Source: a virus (Duplodnaviria; Heunggongvirae; Uroviricota; Caudoviricetes). Taken from it: a DNA stretch of 43,461 bases. The notes under the pieces are model-generated. The model was not told the DNA's origin. It searched no databases and worked only from the letters and a program-made list of their open reading frames with translations. The translations under genes and the position numbers were made by a program. This document shows, piece by piece, positions 16,953 to 28,026 of this stretch (positions within the stretch are counted from its first letter, which is position 1; every line of letters begins with the position of its first letter). The DNA lies in IMG/VR virus record IMGVR_UViG_648276647_000004, positions 1-43,461 of that record, one strand, 5' to 3'.

Positions 16953-17431
16953 GAGAACTAAACCTCACCAAAGAACAGCACGAGTGGCTGAATGGCTGGC
17001 TTGAACTGTGGGGCGCATGGGTTTATTCAGGTCGTCTGGAAAAGCGCATGAGCAGCGTAATAGCTAAGTTCATGGAGAGCGTAGAGCCGGGAAGAGTTAT
17101 GACAAGGCCAATGTGTAATGATGATGATGGAATGTTGATTTCTCAGGTCGTCGATTCCGTCATGTACATTGACAAGAAAGCCTTTGGCATCCTCCTCAGC
17201 TACTACGCCCACGGCTCTTCCAAGCACGCCATTGCATCTTACTATCATCGCGTCGCAAGACCTCGCAAGATGTTATGCCGGGGCGGCGGGCGCATTCAAA
17301 AACCATCGCTCGCAACCTGTCGACGGGAAGTTGACGAAATCCTCAATGCCTCGTTGTTTATGATTTACCCGGTTCTGGATAGTGCGTTTAAAAACCGGAA
17401 ACGTGTAGAGAAAATTAAACATGTAGCATAG
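16943..17431 (+). CDS. Q: Late-gene antiterminator Q, QuuD/phage-21-like family (162 aa)
   Basis: WLELWGAWV...RPMCNDDDGMLI pattern resembles DLP12 QuuD-type Q proteins (recalled, not searched); GGGAGAAGG RBS; upstream of tR' and lysis genes. Confidence 0.7.
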   Translation: MGIRELNLTKEQHEWLNGWLELWGAWVYSGRLEKRMSSVIAKFMESVEPGRVMTRPMCNDDDGMLISQVVDSVMYIDKKAFGILLSYYAHGSSKHAIASYYHRVARPRKMLCRGGGRIQKPSLATCRREVDEILNASLFMIYPVLDSAFKNRKRVEKIKHVA

Positions 17432-17476
17432 AACGTGTTGACATCATTGAGCAAATGAGCAACACTATTCGCATAA

Positions 17477-17518
17477 GCTGCCGTTAGTGACTCTTAAGTT
17501 GCAACGGTGGCTTTTTTT
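17477..17518 (+). terminator. tR'-like terminator downstream of Q
   Basis: GCTGCCGTT...AACGGTGGC stem (two G-T wobbles, 17-nt loop) followed by T7 run; candidate pR' -35 TTGACA at 17438-17443. Confidence 0.5.
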
Positions 17519-17522
17519 ATTT

Positions 17523-17597
17523 GGGTCAGTCGTATAAAGGTCATTACGGAAGGCTGTTAACCTTCTTATCGTGGTTCGAGTCCACGCTGTCCCGCCA
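17523..17597 (+). tRNA. tRNA-Asn(GUU)-like, possibly degenerate
   Basis: Cloverleaf by hand: acceptor GGGTCAG/CTGTCCC with one T-T mismatch, anticodon arm GAAGG-CTGTTAA-CCTTC, T-arm CGTGG-TTCGAGT-CCACG, 3' GCCA; 4-nt variable loop. Confidence 0.5.
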
Positions 17598-17602
17598 AAT
17601 AT

Positions 17603-17678
17603 GCTGGTTTAGCTCCAATGGTAGAGCAGTCGCCTTGTAAGCGAATGGGTAGCGGTTCAAGTCCGTTAACCAGCACCA
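17603..17678 (+). tRNA. tRNA-Thr(UGU)
   Basis: Cloverleaf by hand: acceptor GCTGGTT/AACCAGC, D-arm GCTC-CAATGGTA-GAGC, anticodon loop CTTGTAA, T-arm AGCGG-TTCAAGT-CCGTT, discriminator A, CCA encoded. Confidence 0.75.
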
Positions 17679-17797
17679 TAACTGAGCCGTAGCCACTGGC
17701 TATCATGAATTCATCAGTGATAGTTACGCTGCGGCCTTCTTTTTTTCCCCTTCCCAATATAAGAACTACGCAATCCGTTACTGGCGGAGGCGTTGCT

Positions 17798-18013
17798 ATG
17801 AAATCAATGGACAAAATCTCAACTGGCATTGCCTACGGAACATCTGCTGGTAGTGCGGGATACTGGTTTTTGCAGTGGTTGGATCAGGTCAGTCCATCAC
17901 AGTGGGCTGCGATTGGGGTGCTTGGAAGCCTTGTGTTGGGCTTTCTCACCTATCTGACAAATCTGTACTTCAAAATCAGAGAAGACAGAAGAAAGGCTGC
18001 GGGAGGTGAATAA
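17798..18013 (+). CDS. S: Pinholin S21 with dual-start motif MKSMDK (71 aa)
   Basis: [71 protein letters not shown] matches phage 21 S; GGAGG RBS. Confidence 0.9.
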   Translation: MKSMDKISTGIAYGTSAGSAGYWFLQWLDQVSPSQWAAIGVLGSLVLGFLTYLTNLYFKIREDRRKAAGGE

Positions 18014-18510
18014 TGCCTCCATCATTACGAAAAGCCGTTGTTGCGGCTATTGGTGGCGGGGCTATTGCTATAGCATCTGTGTTAATCACTGGCCCAAGTG
18101 GTAACGATGGTCTGGAAGGCGTCAGCTACATACCATATAAAGATATCGTTGGTGTATGGACTGTATGTTACGGGCATACCGGAAAAGACATTATGCTCGG
18201 TAAAACGTATACCGAAGCAGAATGCAAAGCCCTCCTGAATAAAGACCTTGCCACTGTCGCCAGACAAATTAACCCGTACATCAAAGTCGATATACCGGAA
18301 ATAACGCGCGGCGCTCTTTACTCGTTCGTTTACAACGTTGGTGCTGGAAATTTCAGAACATCGACGCTTCTTCGCAAAATAAACCAGGGCGATATCAAAG
18401 GCGCATGTGATCAGCTACGGCGCTGGACATACGCTGGCGGTAAGCAATGGAAAGGGCTGATGACTCGCCGTGAGATTGAGCGTGAAGTCTGTTTGTGGGG
18501 GCAACAATGA
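18013..18510 (+). CDS. R: SAR endolysin (lysozyme with N-terminal signal-arrest-release segment), 165 aa
   Basis: N-terminal weakly hydrophobic Gly/Ala-rich segment [19 protein letters not shown] followed by lysozyme domain; phage-21 R type. Confidence 0.85.
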   Translation: MPPSLRKAVVAAIGGGAIAIASVLITGPSGNDGLEGVSYIPYKDIVGVWTVCYGHTGKDIMLGKTYTEAECKALLNKDLATVARQINPYIKVDIPEITRGALYSFVYNVGAGNFRTSTLLRKINQGDIKGACDQLRRWTYAGGKQWKGLMTRREIEREVCLWGQQ

Positions 18511-18944
18511 GTAGAGTAACCGCGATTATCTCCGCTCTGGTTATCTGCATCATCGTCTGCCTGTCATGGGCTGTTAATCATTACCGTGATAACGCCATGA
18601 CCTACAAAGAACAGCGCGATAAAGCCACATCCATCATCGCTGATATGCAGAAGCGTCAACGTGATGTAGCAGAACTCGACGCAAGATATACAAAGGAACT
18701 TGCTGATGCTAACGCGACTATCGAAAGTCTCCGTGCTGATGTTTCTGCTGGGCGTAAGCGCCTGCAAGTCGCCGCCACCTGTGCAAAGTCAACGACCGGA
18801 GCCAGCAGCATGGGCGATGGAGAAAGCCCAAGACTTACAGCAGATGCTGAACTCAATTATTACCGTCTCCGAAGTGGAATCGACAGGATAACCGCGCAGG
18901 TTAACTACTTGCAGGAATACATCAGGACGCAATGCCTTCGATGA
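18507..18944 (+). CDS. Rz: Rz i-spanin (145 aa)
   Basis: N-terminal TM segment, coiled-coil periplasmic domain; ATG overlaps R stop. Confidence 0.8.
   Translation: MSRVTAIISALVICIIVCLSWAVNHYRDNAMTYKEQRDKATSIIADMQKRQRDVAELDARYTKELADANATIESLRADVSAGRKRLQVAATCAKSTTGASSMGDGESPRLTADAELNYYRLRSGIDRITAQVNYLQEYIRTQCLR
18706..18891 (+). CDS. Rz1: Rz1 o-spanin lipoprotein embedded in +1 frame of Rz (61 aa)
   Basis: Signal peptide [20 protein letters not shown] with lipobox, Pro-rich mature region; wholly inside Rz. Confidence 0.7.
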   Translation: MLTRLSKVSVLMFLLGVSACKSPPPVQSQRPEPAAWAMEKAQDLQQMLNSIITVSEVESTG

Positions 18945-19711
18945 TAGCGATAATTTTACTCATCATCCTTCACATCTGGCTCTGTAGACAGGGTGGTGAT
19001 CACTTCTGGAGTGAATCCAGATTAAACATCTCATTGCTGATGCTTGAAGTTGAGCATCTGGCGCGCGGTAAGGGGCTGCGTTGAGATAAGAGCCAGTTCA
19101 TTACAAAGCCTATCTACGGGTGGGCTTGATAATGAAACCGGAATTTATTCTGGGCAACCAGTTACGGCAGTACAGCGAAACAACCCAAGCCAGTAAGTGG
19201 GGAAATAACACTGGCAGCCACTGAAAGATGAACCTCCTGCCTTATGGCAAAAAAGATTCTTTGTGGTGGCGGACTGATGGAAAGACATCCTAATTTCAGC
19301 CAAACATTGAAGGAGTTGTTATGTCAGCAGAAGGTTTCAATAACCCATCAAAATTCCGGGATGAGTGGGATAGCAGCGTAAAGAGTAAGTGATGCCATCA
19401 CAAAAGCCATTCCCTACAGAGTGGCTTTGATAATGGCTTATACCCTACACGGGATAACTTAACTGATATCCCAACAAGCGGATAAAGAGGTTCTCAATGT
19501 CCGACATCTACCAAATCATGTTAACCACCCAAACAGGCGAAACCTTTACGGGTAAGATGTCACGACGTCAGCGTGAGCTGGTTAATGGCTTTATGCAGCC
19601 GGCTACCGAGATGGGCGAGTAGAATAACTCCATTAGGAGAATGTGGAACCATTACACTTTGAGCCGTTAACTGATATTGATAAAGGTAAATAATATCGTG
19701 GTTAAGGCTTT

Positions 19712-19984
19712 CTAATAGCCAGCCATTTGCAAAATCACAGTTGCAGCAGCAGCGAAAGCTGCATATGAGTTATATTTAGACTGTAACCGCGCAGTTAAGA
19801 AAAATTCGTGAAGATCTACATTTTTTTGGGGATCATCAAATGTAATTGCTACAACGGTGCTTCTACCTGTTTTGACTTTGGCTGTTGCTGATTTGATCCA
19901 TAACCCAGCCGATAAAAAACCAAAGAAAATTGATAGTGTATGATGGTCAATTAACCAGTTTTTAATTAGTAATAAATCACTCAT
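19712..19984 (-). CDS. AT-rich antisense cargo ORF, small hydrophobic protein (about 90 aa)
   Basis: Minus-strand ORF between lysis and terminase genes; hydrophobic segment LSIFFGFLSAGLWI; internal ATG at 19984 chosen to avoid overlap with terS. Confidence 0.45.
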   Translation of the reverse strand: MSDLLLIKNWLIDHHTLSIFFGFLSAGLWIKSATAKVKTGRSTVVAITFDDPQKNVDLHEFFLTARLQSKYNSYAAFAAAATVILQMAGY

Positions 19985-20008
19985 TTTCAATCCAATTGAG
20001 ACTTTGCC

Positions 20009-20596
20009 ATGGCACTCACCGACAAACAAGAAATGTTCTGTCGCGAGTACCTCATCGATTTAAACGCCACACAAGCGGCTATTCGGGCGGGGTACAGCGC
20101 AAAGACAGCCAACCGTACTGCGTCCGAAAACATGTCAAAACCTGACATCAAGTTAAGAATCGCTGAACTGAAAGCGCAACGCAATGATCTTGTTGGTATT
20201 AATGCAGAATATGTACTTAATCGCCTTCTTGAAATCGACCAGATGGATGTGCTTGACATTCTCCTGCAAAACGGTGAGCTAAAACCCATTAAAGACTGGC
20301 CTAAGGTATGGCGCACAACGCTATCAGGAATGGATGTCGTGGAGATGGTATCCGCAGATAGCGCCGCACTTCTGAAGAAAATCAAATGGCCTGATAAGGT
20401 CAAAAACCTCGAACTTCTTGGTAAGCATGTTTCTGTTCAGGCATTTAAAGAGCAAACATCTACAGAAATAACTGGCGCTGATGGTGGACCTGTTCGTTAT
20501 GCCGATATGTCAGAAGAGTTACTTGAAGAGAAACTGAAGGAGCTTGGTAATGGCAGGCGCTCCAATCAGCTTGAATCGAAACGCTCAGATTTATGA
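20009..20596 (+). CDS. Terminase small subunit, P27/Terminase_2 family (195 aa)
   Basis: LTDKQEMFCREYLIDLNATQAAIRAGYS signature of Terminase_2 small subunits. Confidence 0.8.
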   Translation: MALTDKQEMFCREYLIDLNATQAAIRAGYSAKTANRTASENMSKPDIKLRIAELKAQRNDLVGINAEYVLNRLLEIDQMDVLDILLQNGELKPIKDWPKVWRTTLSGMDVVEMVSADSAALLKKIKWPDKVKNLELLGKHVSVQAFKEQTSTEITGADGGPVRYADMSEELLEEKLKELGNGRRSNQLESKRSDL

Positions 20597-22070
20597 GTTG
20601 CACAAAGAGCTGGCTATCCGCTCAGCAAGAAAAAACCTTCTCGATTTCACTTTGTACACTAATCCGCAATACGAAACAGGTTGGTTTAACGAGCTGCTTT
20701 GTGCTGAGCTAGATCACTTTCTGGATGAAGTTAAAGCCGGAAACATGCCCAGGCTAATGGTGTTTGCCCCTCCGCGCTCAGGAAAGAGTGAGTTGTGCTC
20801 TCGCCGCTTCCCAGCGTATGTGTTAGGACAGCATCCATCATGGAACATTATCTCGTGCTCATATTCTTCTGACCTGTCAGACCGAATGAGCCGTGACGTT
20901 AAACGCATTATCACCTCTGATAAGTACGCTGATGTTTTCCCTGACGTGAAAATACCTTCAGGACGCAGTTTGGCGGGAGGTATCAACAAAACCGAGCTAT
21001 GGGAACCAGTTGATGCCAAAGGTGAACTACACGGCGGCTCATATCGTTCTGCTGGCGTTAACGGTGGTATCACCGGGCAGGGTATGAATATTGGGGTTAT
21101 TGATGACCCCGCGAAAGATTACAAAACCGCATCGTCTCCAACTTACCAGGAAGCGGTGATGGACTGGTACGACACGACATTCTTCACGCGTGTTGACCCG
21201 AAGATAAACGGAATTGTCATCATCCTGACACGCTGGCATCAAAACGATCTCGCCGGACAGTTATTAAAACTAGCTGAAGAGGGCGGGGAACACTGGCGCG
21301 TAGTTAGCTTCCCAATGGAGGCTGAAAAGGAAGAGATTCATGAACTCAACGGTAATGTGTATCGACTGCGCAATCCCGGTGAAATTCTGTTTCCTGAGCG
21401 CATGCCGAGAGAGTTCGTAGAGAAGTGCAAACAGCGCGGTTCTCTTGTATGGAATGCCCTTTATCAGCAACGACCAACCGCCAAAGGCGGGGGGCTTATT
21501 AAGTCTGAATGGTTTGGTGAATATTCGGTACTCCCTCCCATGCAATGGCGGGCCGTCTATGGAGACACCGCACAGAAAACAAAAGAGGTCAACGACTTCT
21601 CAGTATTCGAGCACTGGGGGCTTGGTACTGACGGGTACATCTATCTGATCGATATGATTCGCGGTAAATGGGAGGCCGATGAATTACAACGCCGTGCTGT
21701 TGCATTCTGGGAAAAGTGCAAAACTCTGAAGAATGGGCCGCTTCGCCACATGGCGATAGAGGACAAGTCATCTGGCACAGGCCTGATACAGAACATCCGT
21801 AAAAAAGCGATATGCCCCATCAAAGCAATTCAGCGCGATAAGGATAAGTACACGCGACTGATGGATGTACAGGGTTATATCGAGTCCGGTTACATCAAGT
21901 TGCCCAGCAGCGCACCATTCATCAACGACTTCCTCGTTGAGATGGAAGCTATTAATCCTGATTTCAATACGCACGACGACCAGCTTGATCCGATGATGGA
22001 TGCCATCGATGAGATGAAAAATGGCAATGGTCCGTTACGTATATCTGAAGACCTTTTGAGGCTCGCATAG
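20550..22070 (+). CDS. Terminase large subunit (506 aa from ATG at 20550)
   Basis: Walker A-like FAPPRSGKS, nuclease-domain acidic motifs; GAAGGAG RBS; follows terS with overlap. Confidence 0.8.
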   Translation: MAGAPISLNRNAQIYELHKELAIRSARKNLLDFTLYTNPQYETGWFNELLCAELDHFLDEVKAGNMPRLMVFAPPRSGKSELCSRRFPAYVLGQHPSWNIISCSYSSDLSDRMSRDVKRIITSDKYADVFPDVKIPSGRSLAGGINKTELWEPVDAKGELHGGSYRSAGVNGGITGQGMNIGVIDDPAKDYKTASSPTYQEAVMDWYDTTFFTRVDPKINGIVIILTRWHQNDLAGQLLKLAEEGGEHWRVVSFPMEAEKEEIHELNGNVYRLRNPGEILFPERMPREFVEKCKQRGSLVWNALYQQRPTAKGGGLIKSEWFGEYSVLPPMQWRAVYGDTAQKTKEVNDFSVFEHWGLGTDGYIYLIDMIRGKWEADELQRRAVAFWEKCKTLKNGPLRHMAIEDKSSGTGLIQNIRKKAICPIKAIQRDKDKYTRLMDVQGYIESGYIKLPSSAPFINDFLVEMEAINPDFNTHDDQLDPMMDAIDEMKNGNGPLRISEDLLRLA

Positions 22071-23605
22071 TGTTTAATTTTTTGAGAAAGAAAAAATCTG
22101 AGCCTCAGAAAGAAGAGGCGAAACAGCCAATGTCTCTGGCGAATGTTCTTGCGATTATTAACGAGCAGGAGCGAATTAAAAATGAAGGCGAGGCATTGCG
22201 TAGAATTGAGCGATACGTACCCCCGCCAGGCGTTATTCCTGAACATATTGGGGAGTCAGCTCTGGCGATGGACTCCACGCCGTACAGTTACCTTAACTCA
22301 GCAAACATCACCTCATATGGCTACGGTGGATTTCCTGGCTACCCATATCTGTCTCAACTTGCTCAGTTGCCGGAGTATCGCAAGATTACTGGCACGATAG
22401 CAGAAGAGATGACGCGAAAATGGATTGAGCTGAAGCATGTAGGTAAAGACGACGGTGACGACAAGGCCGATAAGATTCGCCAGCTTGACGACGCATTAAA
22501 GCGTTTCAGAGTGCGAGAGAAGTTTCGCGAGGCGGCGGAACATGACGGCTACTTCGGACGCGGACAGATTTATATCGACGTGAAGACGCCAAGCGGTAAC
22601 TCAGCCTGGCTGGTTCCCGACGAACTGAATAAGAAGCTCTATATCAGTCCGCGCAAGATTACCAAAGGAAGCCTGAATGGTTTCCGCGTTATCGAAGCCA
22701 TGTGGACTTACCCGGGCGTGTATAACGCTGACAATCCTCTAAGCCCTGACTTCTTCAATCCATCTGAATGGTATGTCATGGGGCGCACGGTTCACGCCAG
22801 CCGTATGTTGACAATGATTTCTCGCCAGGTGCCAGACATTCTCAAAGCGGCGTACAACTTCGGCGGCTTGTCGCTGAGTCAGATGGCAGAGCCATACGTG
22901 CAGAACTGGTTGAGAACACGTGACAGCGTTAGCGATCTGGTTCATTCGTTTGTGGTCTATGGGCTGAAGACGAACATGCAGAATGCCTTGTCTGGAATTG
23001 CAGACCAAAACCTGTTTATGCGTGCCGAGCTATTCAATAAGGTTCGCGACAATCGCGGAATGTTCCTTATTGATAAGGATGGAGAAGAATTCTTCCAGTT
23101 TGTGACAAGTCTGTCCGGAGTTGATGCTCTTCAGGCGCAAGCGCAGGAACAAATGGCATCGGTATCAAGCATTCCTCTGGTTAAGCTCCTTGGCATTACT
23201 CCTAACGGGCTAAACGCTTCATCTGATGGCGAAATCCGCGTCTTCTATGACTCAATACACGCCATGCAGGAGAATCTGTTCAGGGTGCCGCTGAAAACAG
23301 TGCTGGATGTTATCCAGTTGAATGAATTTGGCGAGATTGACCCTGACATTGATTTTGAATTCCTGCCGCTGTACGAGCTTACAGAAGCAGAGAAAGCCGA
23401 GATCATGAAACATCAGTCTGAGGCTGATAAGAACTATGCCGAAGCTGGCGTGTTTGACCTTGATGCAATAAGAAGTATGCGCCAGTCGGATAAGGCCAGC
23501 CCATACCACATGATGGAATCTGAATATGACGAAGAAGAGTACGAAAACGAGTCCATCGAAGAAGGATTTGAAGACCAGGAAAACCCTTCGTCCAGTCAGA
23601 GCTAA
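22070..23605 (+). CDS. Portal protein (DUF1073-like); GTG start at 22070 or ATG at 22130
   Basis: Size, acidic C-terminus and position after terminase large subunit. Confidence 0.7.
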   Translation: MFNFLRKKKSEPQKEEAKQPMSLANVLAIINEQERIKNEGEALRRIERYVPPPGVIPEHIGESALAMDSTPYSYLNSANITSYGYGGFPGYPYLSQLAQLPEYRKITGTIAEEMTRKWIELKHVGKDDGDDKADKIRQLDDALKRFRVREKFREAAEHDGYFGRGQIYIDVKTPSGNSAWLVPDELNKKLYISPRKITKGSLNGFRVIEAMWTYPGVYNADNPLSPDFFNPSEWYVMGRTVHASRMLTMISRQVPDILKAAYNFGGLSLSQMAEPYVQNWLRTRDSVSDLVHSFVVYGLKTNMQNALSGIADQNLFMRAELFNKVRDNRGMFLIDKDGEEFFQFVTSLSGVDALQAQAQEQMASVSSIPLVKLLGITPNGLNASSDGEIRVFYDSIHAMQENLFRVPLKTVLDVIQLNEFGEIDPDIDFEFLPLYELTEAEKAEIMKHQSEADKNYAEAGVFDLDAIRSMRQSDKASPYHMMESEYDEEEYENESIEEGFEDQENPSSSQS

Positions 23606-24344
23606 CGCCGGAGTTCATGAGTGGTATCGCTCTGAGCTTCTCAAGCTGGTTAGGGAGATGGATAAGTCATACCGATACTGGCTTGAGGGCGCATACAAAA
23701 ACAACATGGCGATGGATTCCAGCCCCGCGAATGAGTTAAAGCGCAGATTGTCCAGACTAGGCAAGCAGTGGGAGCATAAATTCAATGAACTGGCTAAGAA
23801 ACTGGCTGATCGCTTCGTTGATAAGACACTGCGCAACACCGACGTTTCGTTACACTCAGCGTTAAAGGCTGGCGGATTTACCGTTAAGTTCACAATGAAT
23901 GACGAGCTTAAGAACGTGATGCAGGCTGTCGTTAACGAGAACGTCAACCTGATTAAATCCATACCTGAACACTATCACACACAGGTTGAGACGATAGTCA
24001 TGCAGTCTGTCAGCCGTGGTCGTGACCTTGGCGATCTCACTGATGAACTGGTTAAGCGATATGGCATTACACGCAGACGCGCTGAGACGATCGCACGCGA
24101 TCAGAACAACAAAGCTACAGCGGTAATTCAGTCTGAACGGCAGAAGAAGTTAGGCATCACCAAAGGAATCTGGCGTCACTCACACGCCGGGAAGCAGCCA
24201 AGGCCATCCCATGTGAAAGCTGACGGTAAAGAGTTCGACCTCGATAAAGGGCTGTATCTTGATGGTGAATGGGTGCTGCCTGGAGAGGCTATCAACTGCC
24301 GTTGTACGTGGTCTCCTGTTATCCCTGGGATAGATAGAAAATGA
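23526..24344 (+). CDS. Head morphogenesis protein, Mu gpF / SPP1 gp7-like (272 aa; start uncertain)
   Basis: Position after portal and C-terminal ...CRCTW... motif typical of MuF-family proteins; 80-nt overlap with portal if the ATG at 23526 is used. Confidence 0.6.
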   Translation: MTKKSTKTSPSKKDLKTRKTLRPVRANAGVHEWYRSELLKLVREMDKSYRYWLEGAYKNNMAMDSSPANELKRRLSRLGKQWEHKFNELAKKLADRFVDKTLRNTDVSLHSALKAGGFTVKFTMNDELKNVMQAVVNENVNLIKSIPEHYHTQVETIVMQSVSRGRDLGDLTDELVKRYGITRRRAETIARDQNNKATAVIQSERQKKLGITKGIWRHSHAGKQPRPSHVKADGKEFDLDKGLYLDGEWVLPGEAINCRCTWSPVIPGIDRK

Positions 24345-24354
24345 TTGAGGTTTT

Positions 24355-24432
24355 ATGGTCTCTGGGCTTAGTGTTAATTTTTGGTTGCTTAATATTGCAC
24401 TACTGAAAATAGCTATGTCCAAGAGGAAATAA
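24355..24432 (+). CDS. Candidate small hydrophobic peptide (25 aa)
   Basis: GAGG 5 nt upstream of ATG; MVSGLSVNFWLLNIALLKIAMSKRK; followed immediately by terminator. Confidence 0.25.
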   Translation: MVSGLSVNFWLLNIALLKIAMSKRK

Positions 24433-24434
24433 TG

Positions 24435-24457
24435 GCCGCTACTGCGGCTTTTTTATT
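24435..24457 (+). terminator. Intrinsic terminator inside the head-gene cluster
   Basis: GCCGC-tact-GCGGC followed by TTTTTTATT. Confidence 0.55.
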
Positions 24458-24477
24458 GCCTGCCGAAAGGTAAATGC

Positions 24478-25704
24478 ATGCCATTACGCAAAGTTAAAGG
24501 CGACTGGCAATGGGGATATCACGGATTGGCATTCGACAAGGCAACGGTGCGCTCCTTTGATAAGGATGGGCGTTTGCATATCGAAGTGACGCCAATCAGT
24601 AAGGCTAACGTTTGCTCTTATTATGGACGTGAAATTCCTAATTACAGATCGCTAGGTTTACAGCCTGACAAAGTTTACTACCTGCTTCGCGACCCGAAAG
24701 AGTTAGCCAAAGCAGCATCTACATTCAACAACATCCCGCTCCTTAACGAACACATTCCGGTTACTGCTTCAGACCCTCAGAAGATGGCTGTGGTTGGTTC
24801 TACTGGTACTGATGCTGAGTTTGACGGGACTTATCTCAAGAACTCGCTTGTCGTCTGGGACGCAGATTCTATCGCTGGAATCGAGACAGACGAGAAGAAA
24901 GAACTTTCGTCGGCCTACAGATATGTAGCTGACATGACCCCCGGCGTGCATGAAGGCCAGCCATACGATGGTGTAATGCGCGATATCGTCGGGAACCACG
25001 TTGCTCTCGTAACAGAGGGAAGAGCCGGATCCGACGTTGTTGTCGGGGATTCAATACCAACAGGAATGAAATCAATGTCAGAACTTACTAAAAAGTTAAT
25101 GGCAGTTATCACGCCGATGCTGGCCAGTGATGAGAAGCCAGAAGAAGTGGAAAAGAAAGTGCAAAAGGTTGTTGAAGACGAAGCCACTCAGGCCGAGAGA
25201 GATAATGAGTCAGAAGCAGAGCGTCTGAAACGTGAAGAGGATGAACTAAAAGAGCGTGAAGAACGTGAGCGAAAGGATCGCGATCGTGACCGCAAAGAAG
25301 CGGAAGACGAAGATGATGACGGCAAGGATAAAAAGACTGCCGAGGATGAAGACGATGATGAGAATAAAGCAGCTATGGATGCCGCATTGATTCGAAAAGC
25401 TGAAGAGAATGTGATGGGGCGTATCCGTCAAGCCAATGAGGCTCGAGAATGCGTTCGTGCTTTGGTTGGTGATGTGAGTCTGGTCGCCATGGATTCCGCA
25501 GAGTCTATTTATCGCTTTGCTCTTGATTCAATCGGTGCCGAACATAAAGGCGTTCATCCTTCAGCACTTAAATCGATGGTTGAATTTGCTATCAGCCAGA
25601 AAGCGGTAGTTCGCAAACCATCTCATGGTATGGGGATGGATTCTGCTGCAACCAATTCTTTCGCCAAGGCATTTCCTGGCGCAACTAAACTGAAACGGAG
25701 CTAA
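24478..25704 (+). CDS. Putative scaffolding/prohead core protein (DUF2213-like) with highly charged E/D/K/R-rich central segment (408 aa)
   Basis: Position before capsid gene; central low-complexity acidic/basic tract ([26 protein letters not shown]...). Confidence 0.55.
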   Translation: MPLRKVKGDWQWGYHGLAFDKATVRSFDKDGRLHIEVTPISKANVCSYYGREIPNYRSLGLQPDKVYYLLRDPKELAKAASTFNNIPLLNEHIPVTASDPQKMAVVGSTGTDAEFDGTYLKNSLVVWDADSIAGIETDEKKELSSAYRYVADMTPGVHEGQPYDGVMRDIVGNHVALVTEGRAGSDVVVGDSIPTGMKSMSELTKKLMAVITPMLASDEKPEEVEKKVQKVVEDEATQAERDNESEAERLKREEDELKEREERERKDRDRDRKEAEDEDDDGKDKKTAEDEDDDENKAAMDAALIRKAEENVMGRIRQANEARECVRALVGDVSLVAMDSAESIYRFALDSIGAEHKGVHPSALKSMVEFAISQKAVVRKPSHGMGMDSAATNSFAKAFPGATKLKRS

Positions 25705-25707
25705 GAA

Positions 25708-26187
25708 ATGAGTGGCTTTCAAAGTGTAATTAATCAGCAACAGGCGCCGGGAGTTGAAGGGGATTTCGCTTCGGCTAACCCTAAAGCAAGTCTTCTTGCA
25801 GGTGAGGGCGCTCTTGTTGCCGGTGCAAATGGGGTTGTTGTTGGTCGCTTTGCATGGGTAAGCAATGGTGTTGTCAATAACACTGGAACCGGTGCTCCTG
25901 CCGGTTTCGTTCATCGGGAAGGGCAGGCGTCTGTCACCACATGGCTTGGTGAATCATCTATGACTATTCAGCCTGGAGTTCAGATGACATTGATGACTGC
26001 TGGCGACTACTGGGTGAAAACTGCCGGTGCGGCAACCGTAGGGCAGAAGATTTTCGCCAAACTGTCAGATGGAACCATTACCGCTGGCGATGCCGGGGCG
26101 TCAATCTCGGATTACGTTGAAACAAAATTTGTTGTTGGCAGTGCTGGCGAGGCTGGCGAATTGATTCAGATGGGCACCTGGAGCTAA
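25708..26187 (+). CDS. Head structural/decoration-like protein (159 aa)
   Basis: Gly/Ala-rich small protein immediately upstream of major capsid gene. Confidence 0.5.
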   Translation: MSGFQSVINQQQAPGVEGDFASANPKASLLAGEGALVAGANGVVVGRFAWVSNGVVNNTGTGAPAGFVHREGQASVTTWLGESSMTIQPGVQMTLMTAGDYWVKTAGAATVGQKIFAKLSDGTITAGDAGASISDYVETKFVVGSAGEAGELIQMGTWS

Positions 26188-26190
26188 TAC

Positions 26191-27231
26191 ATGAATAACG
26201 CAGAATTTTTACAACATAAAGCTATGGCTGAGCGAGATTACGGTGTAATCCTTCCGGAAGCCAAAGCCTATCTGACGGATGCTGTTGCTAATAGCTATTC
26301 CTATGCAATGGACTCTCAGCCTTCACTGGTAACAACCAGCAACTCTGGCATTCCATGGTACTTCACTAATTACGTTGACCCGGAACTGATTCGCATCCTT
26401 GTCACTCCGATGAAAGCGGTGGAAATTCTGGGGGAAACGAAGAAGGGAGACTGGACCACCATGACCGCACAATTCCCGGTTGTGGAATCAACGGGTCAGG
26501 TTTCCAGTTATGGTGACTACAACAATAATGGGCAGGTAAATGCTAACGTCAACTGGGTTGCTCGTGAGTCCTATCTGTACCAGACCATTACTCAGTGGGG
26601 TGAGCTGGAACTTGACCGTTACGGTGAAGGCCGCATTGCATGGGCTCAACAACTGAATACTGCTTCTGCGCTGACCCTGAATAAGTTTCAGAACAAGTCC
26701 TACTTCTTCGGCGTTGCTGGCCTGAAGAACTACGGCATTCTGAATGACCCTAACCTTCCGGCATCAATCACCCCTGGCGCAACGGGTACCGGCAGCGGAA
26801 CTACCTGGGCAACTAAAGACGGTCAGGCGGTGTATGACGATATCCAGGCGCTTTACATGCAGTTAGTGAAGCAGACCAAGGGGTACGTTGAGCGGGACAG
26901 CAAGATGACGCTGGCGATGAGTCCAGAGTCAGAAGCAAATCTGACCAAGACCAACATGTACAACGTCAACGTGTCTGATCAGCTGAAGAAAAACTTCCCG
27001 AACCTGCGCGTTGTTACTGCTGTCGAGTACAAAACCGAATCCGGCGAACTGGTTCAGTTGATCGCCGACGATTTGGATGGTCAGGACACCGGCTACTGCG
27101 CATTTACCGAAAAAATGCGTGCGCATCCGGTTGTTGTTGACCTGTCCGCGTACAAACAAAAGAAAACCGGTGGCACCTGGGGCGCAATCATTCGCCAGCC
27201 GCTGGCATTTGCAAGCATGTTGGGAGTTTAA
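26191..27231 (+). CDS. Major capsid protein (346 aa)
   Basis: Size and position after scaffold/decoration genes; strong codon usage. Confidence 0.65.
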   Translation: MNNAEFLQHKAMAERDYGVILPEAKAYLTDAVANSYSYAMDSQPSLVTTSNSGIPWYFTNYVDPELIRILVTPMKAVEILGETKKGDWTTMTAQFPVVESTGQVSSYGDYNNNGQVNANVNWVARESYLYQTITQWGELELDRYGEGRIAWAQQLNTASALTLNKFQNKSYFFGVAGLKNYGILNDPNLPASITPGATGTGSGTTWATKDGQAVYDDIQALYMQLVKQTKGYVERDSKMTLAMSPESEANLTKTNMYNVNVSDQLKKNFPNLRVVTAVEYKTESGELVQLIADDLDGQDTGYCAFTEKMRAHPVVVDLSAYKQKKTGGTWGAIIRQPLAFASMLGV

Positions 27232-27234
27232 TTC

Positions 27235-27582
27235 ATGGCAGAAATGGTAAGCGTTGGCTGCAAATTGCCAAATGGCCTTCAGGTAACTCTGGATGGCAAA
27301 ACAGTAATCCTGAACGGGGCGGCAACAACCGCCCTCCGTGGTCTTGATGGTGCAATTCCTGAGGGGGCTTTCGGAGTTACCATGGTCGAGAAAGACTTCA
27401 TGGATAAGTTCATCGAGACCTATAAGGATGCCGCGTATATTCAGAATAATGCAATCTTCATTCAGAAAGATATTCGCAGTCTGAATGCGCAGGGTAAAGA
27501 TCTGAAAGAATCAAAAACTGGCCTCGAAGGCCTTGACCCGGAAAATCCGGCTCCGGGCGTAAAAAAGGCTGACGAAAAATAG
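27235..27582 (+). CDS. Hypothetical head protein (115 aa)
   Basis: Tightly packed ORF in head module. Confidence 0.5.
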   Translation: MAEMVSVGCKLPNGLQVTLDGKTVILNGAATTALRGLDGAIPEGAFGVTMVEKDFMDKFIETYKDAAYIQNNAIFIQKDIRSLNAQGKDLKESKTGLEGLDPENPAPGVKKADEK

Positions 27583-27594
27583 CGGGAGCAGCAA

Positions 27595-28026
27595 ATGGGC
27601 GTCGTAATATTTGACCCCTCCGCATTTAAGCTACGCTATCCTGAATTCTCATCTGTCGACGACGCACTTCTTCAGCAGTATTTCACGCAAGCAACCATTT
27701 ATCTCGATAACACAGACTCAAGTCGCGTGTCGGATTTGGCTGTACGCTCAATGCTGCTGAATATGCTGGTTGCCCATATCGCCTGTTTGTATTCAGGAGC
27801 GAATGGGCAGTCTCCATCCGGATTGGTTGGAAGAATCGACAGTGCTTCAGAGGGTTCGGTTAGCGTTCATGCCGATATGCCAGGGGGAACAGCAAATTCA
27901 GCATGGTACATGCAAACAAAGTACGGGGCTGATTACTGGAATGCTACGGCGCCGTTTCGCACCTTCCAGTATATAAGCGGGCATTCTCCATCAAATTACC
28001 CGTATGGGTATTACCGGAGGTACTGA
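27595..28026 (+). CDS. Head-tail connector/adaptor-like protein (143 aa)
   Basis: Position between capsid and tail genes. Confidence 0.5.
   Translation: MGVVIFDPSAFKLRYPEFSSVDDALLQQYFTQATIYLDNTDSSRVSDLAVRSMLLNMLVAHIACLYSGANGQSPSGLVGRIDSASEGSVSVHADMPGGTANSAWYMQTKYGADYWNATAPFRTFQYISGHSPSNYPYGYYRRY

Noticed and set aside
20714..25187. Several 60-120 aa ORFs antisense to terminase, portal and scaffold genes (20714-21073, 21270-21545, 21890-22246, 22739-23008, 23615-23962, 24915-25187)
   Set aside because: All lie inside longer, better-supported plus-strand structural genes and lack ribosome-binding sites.
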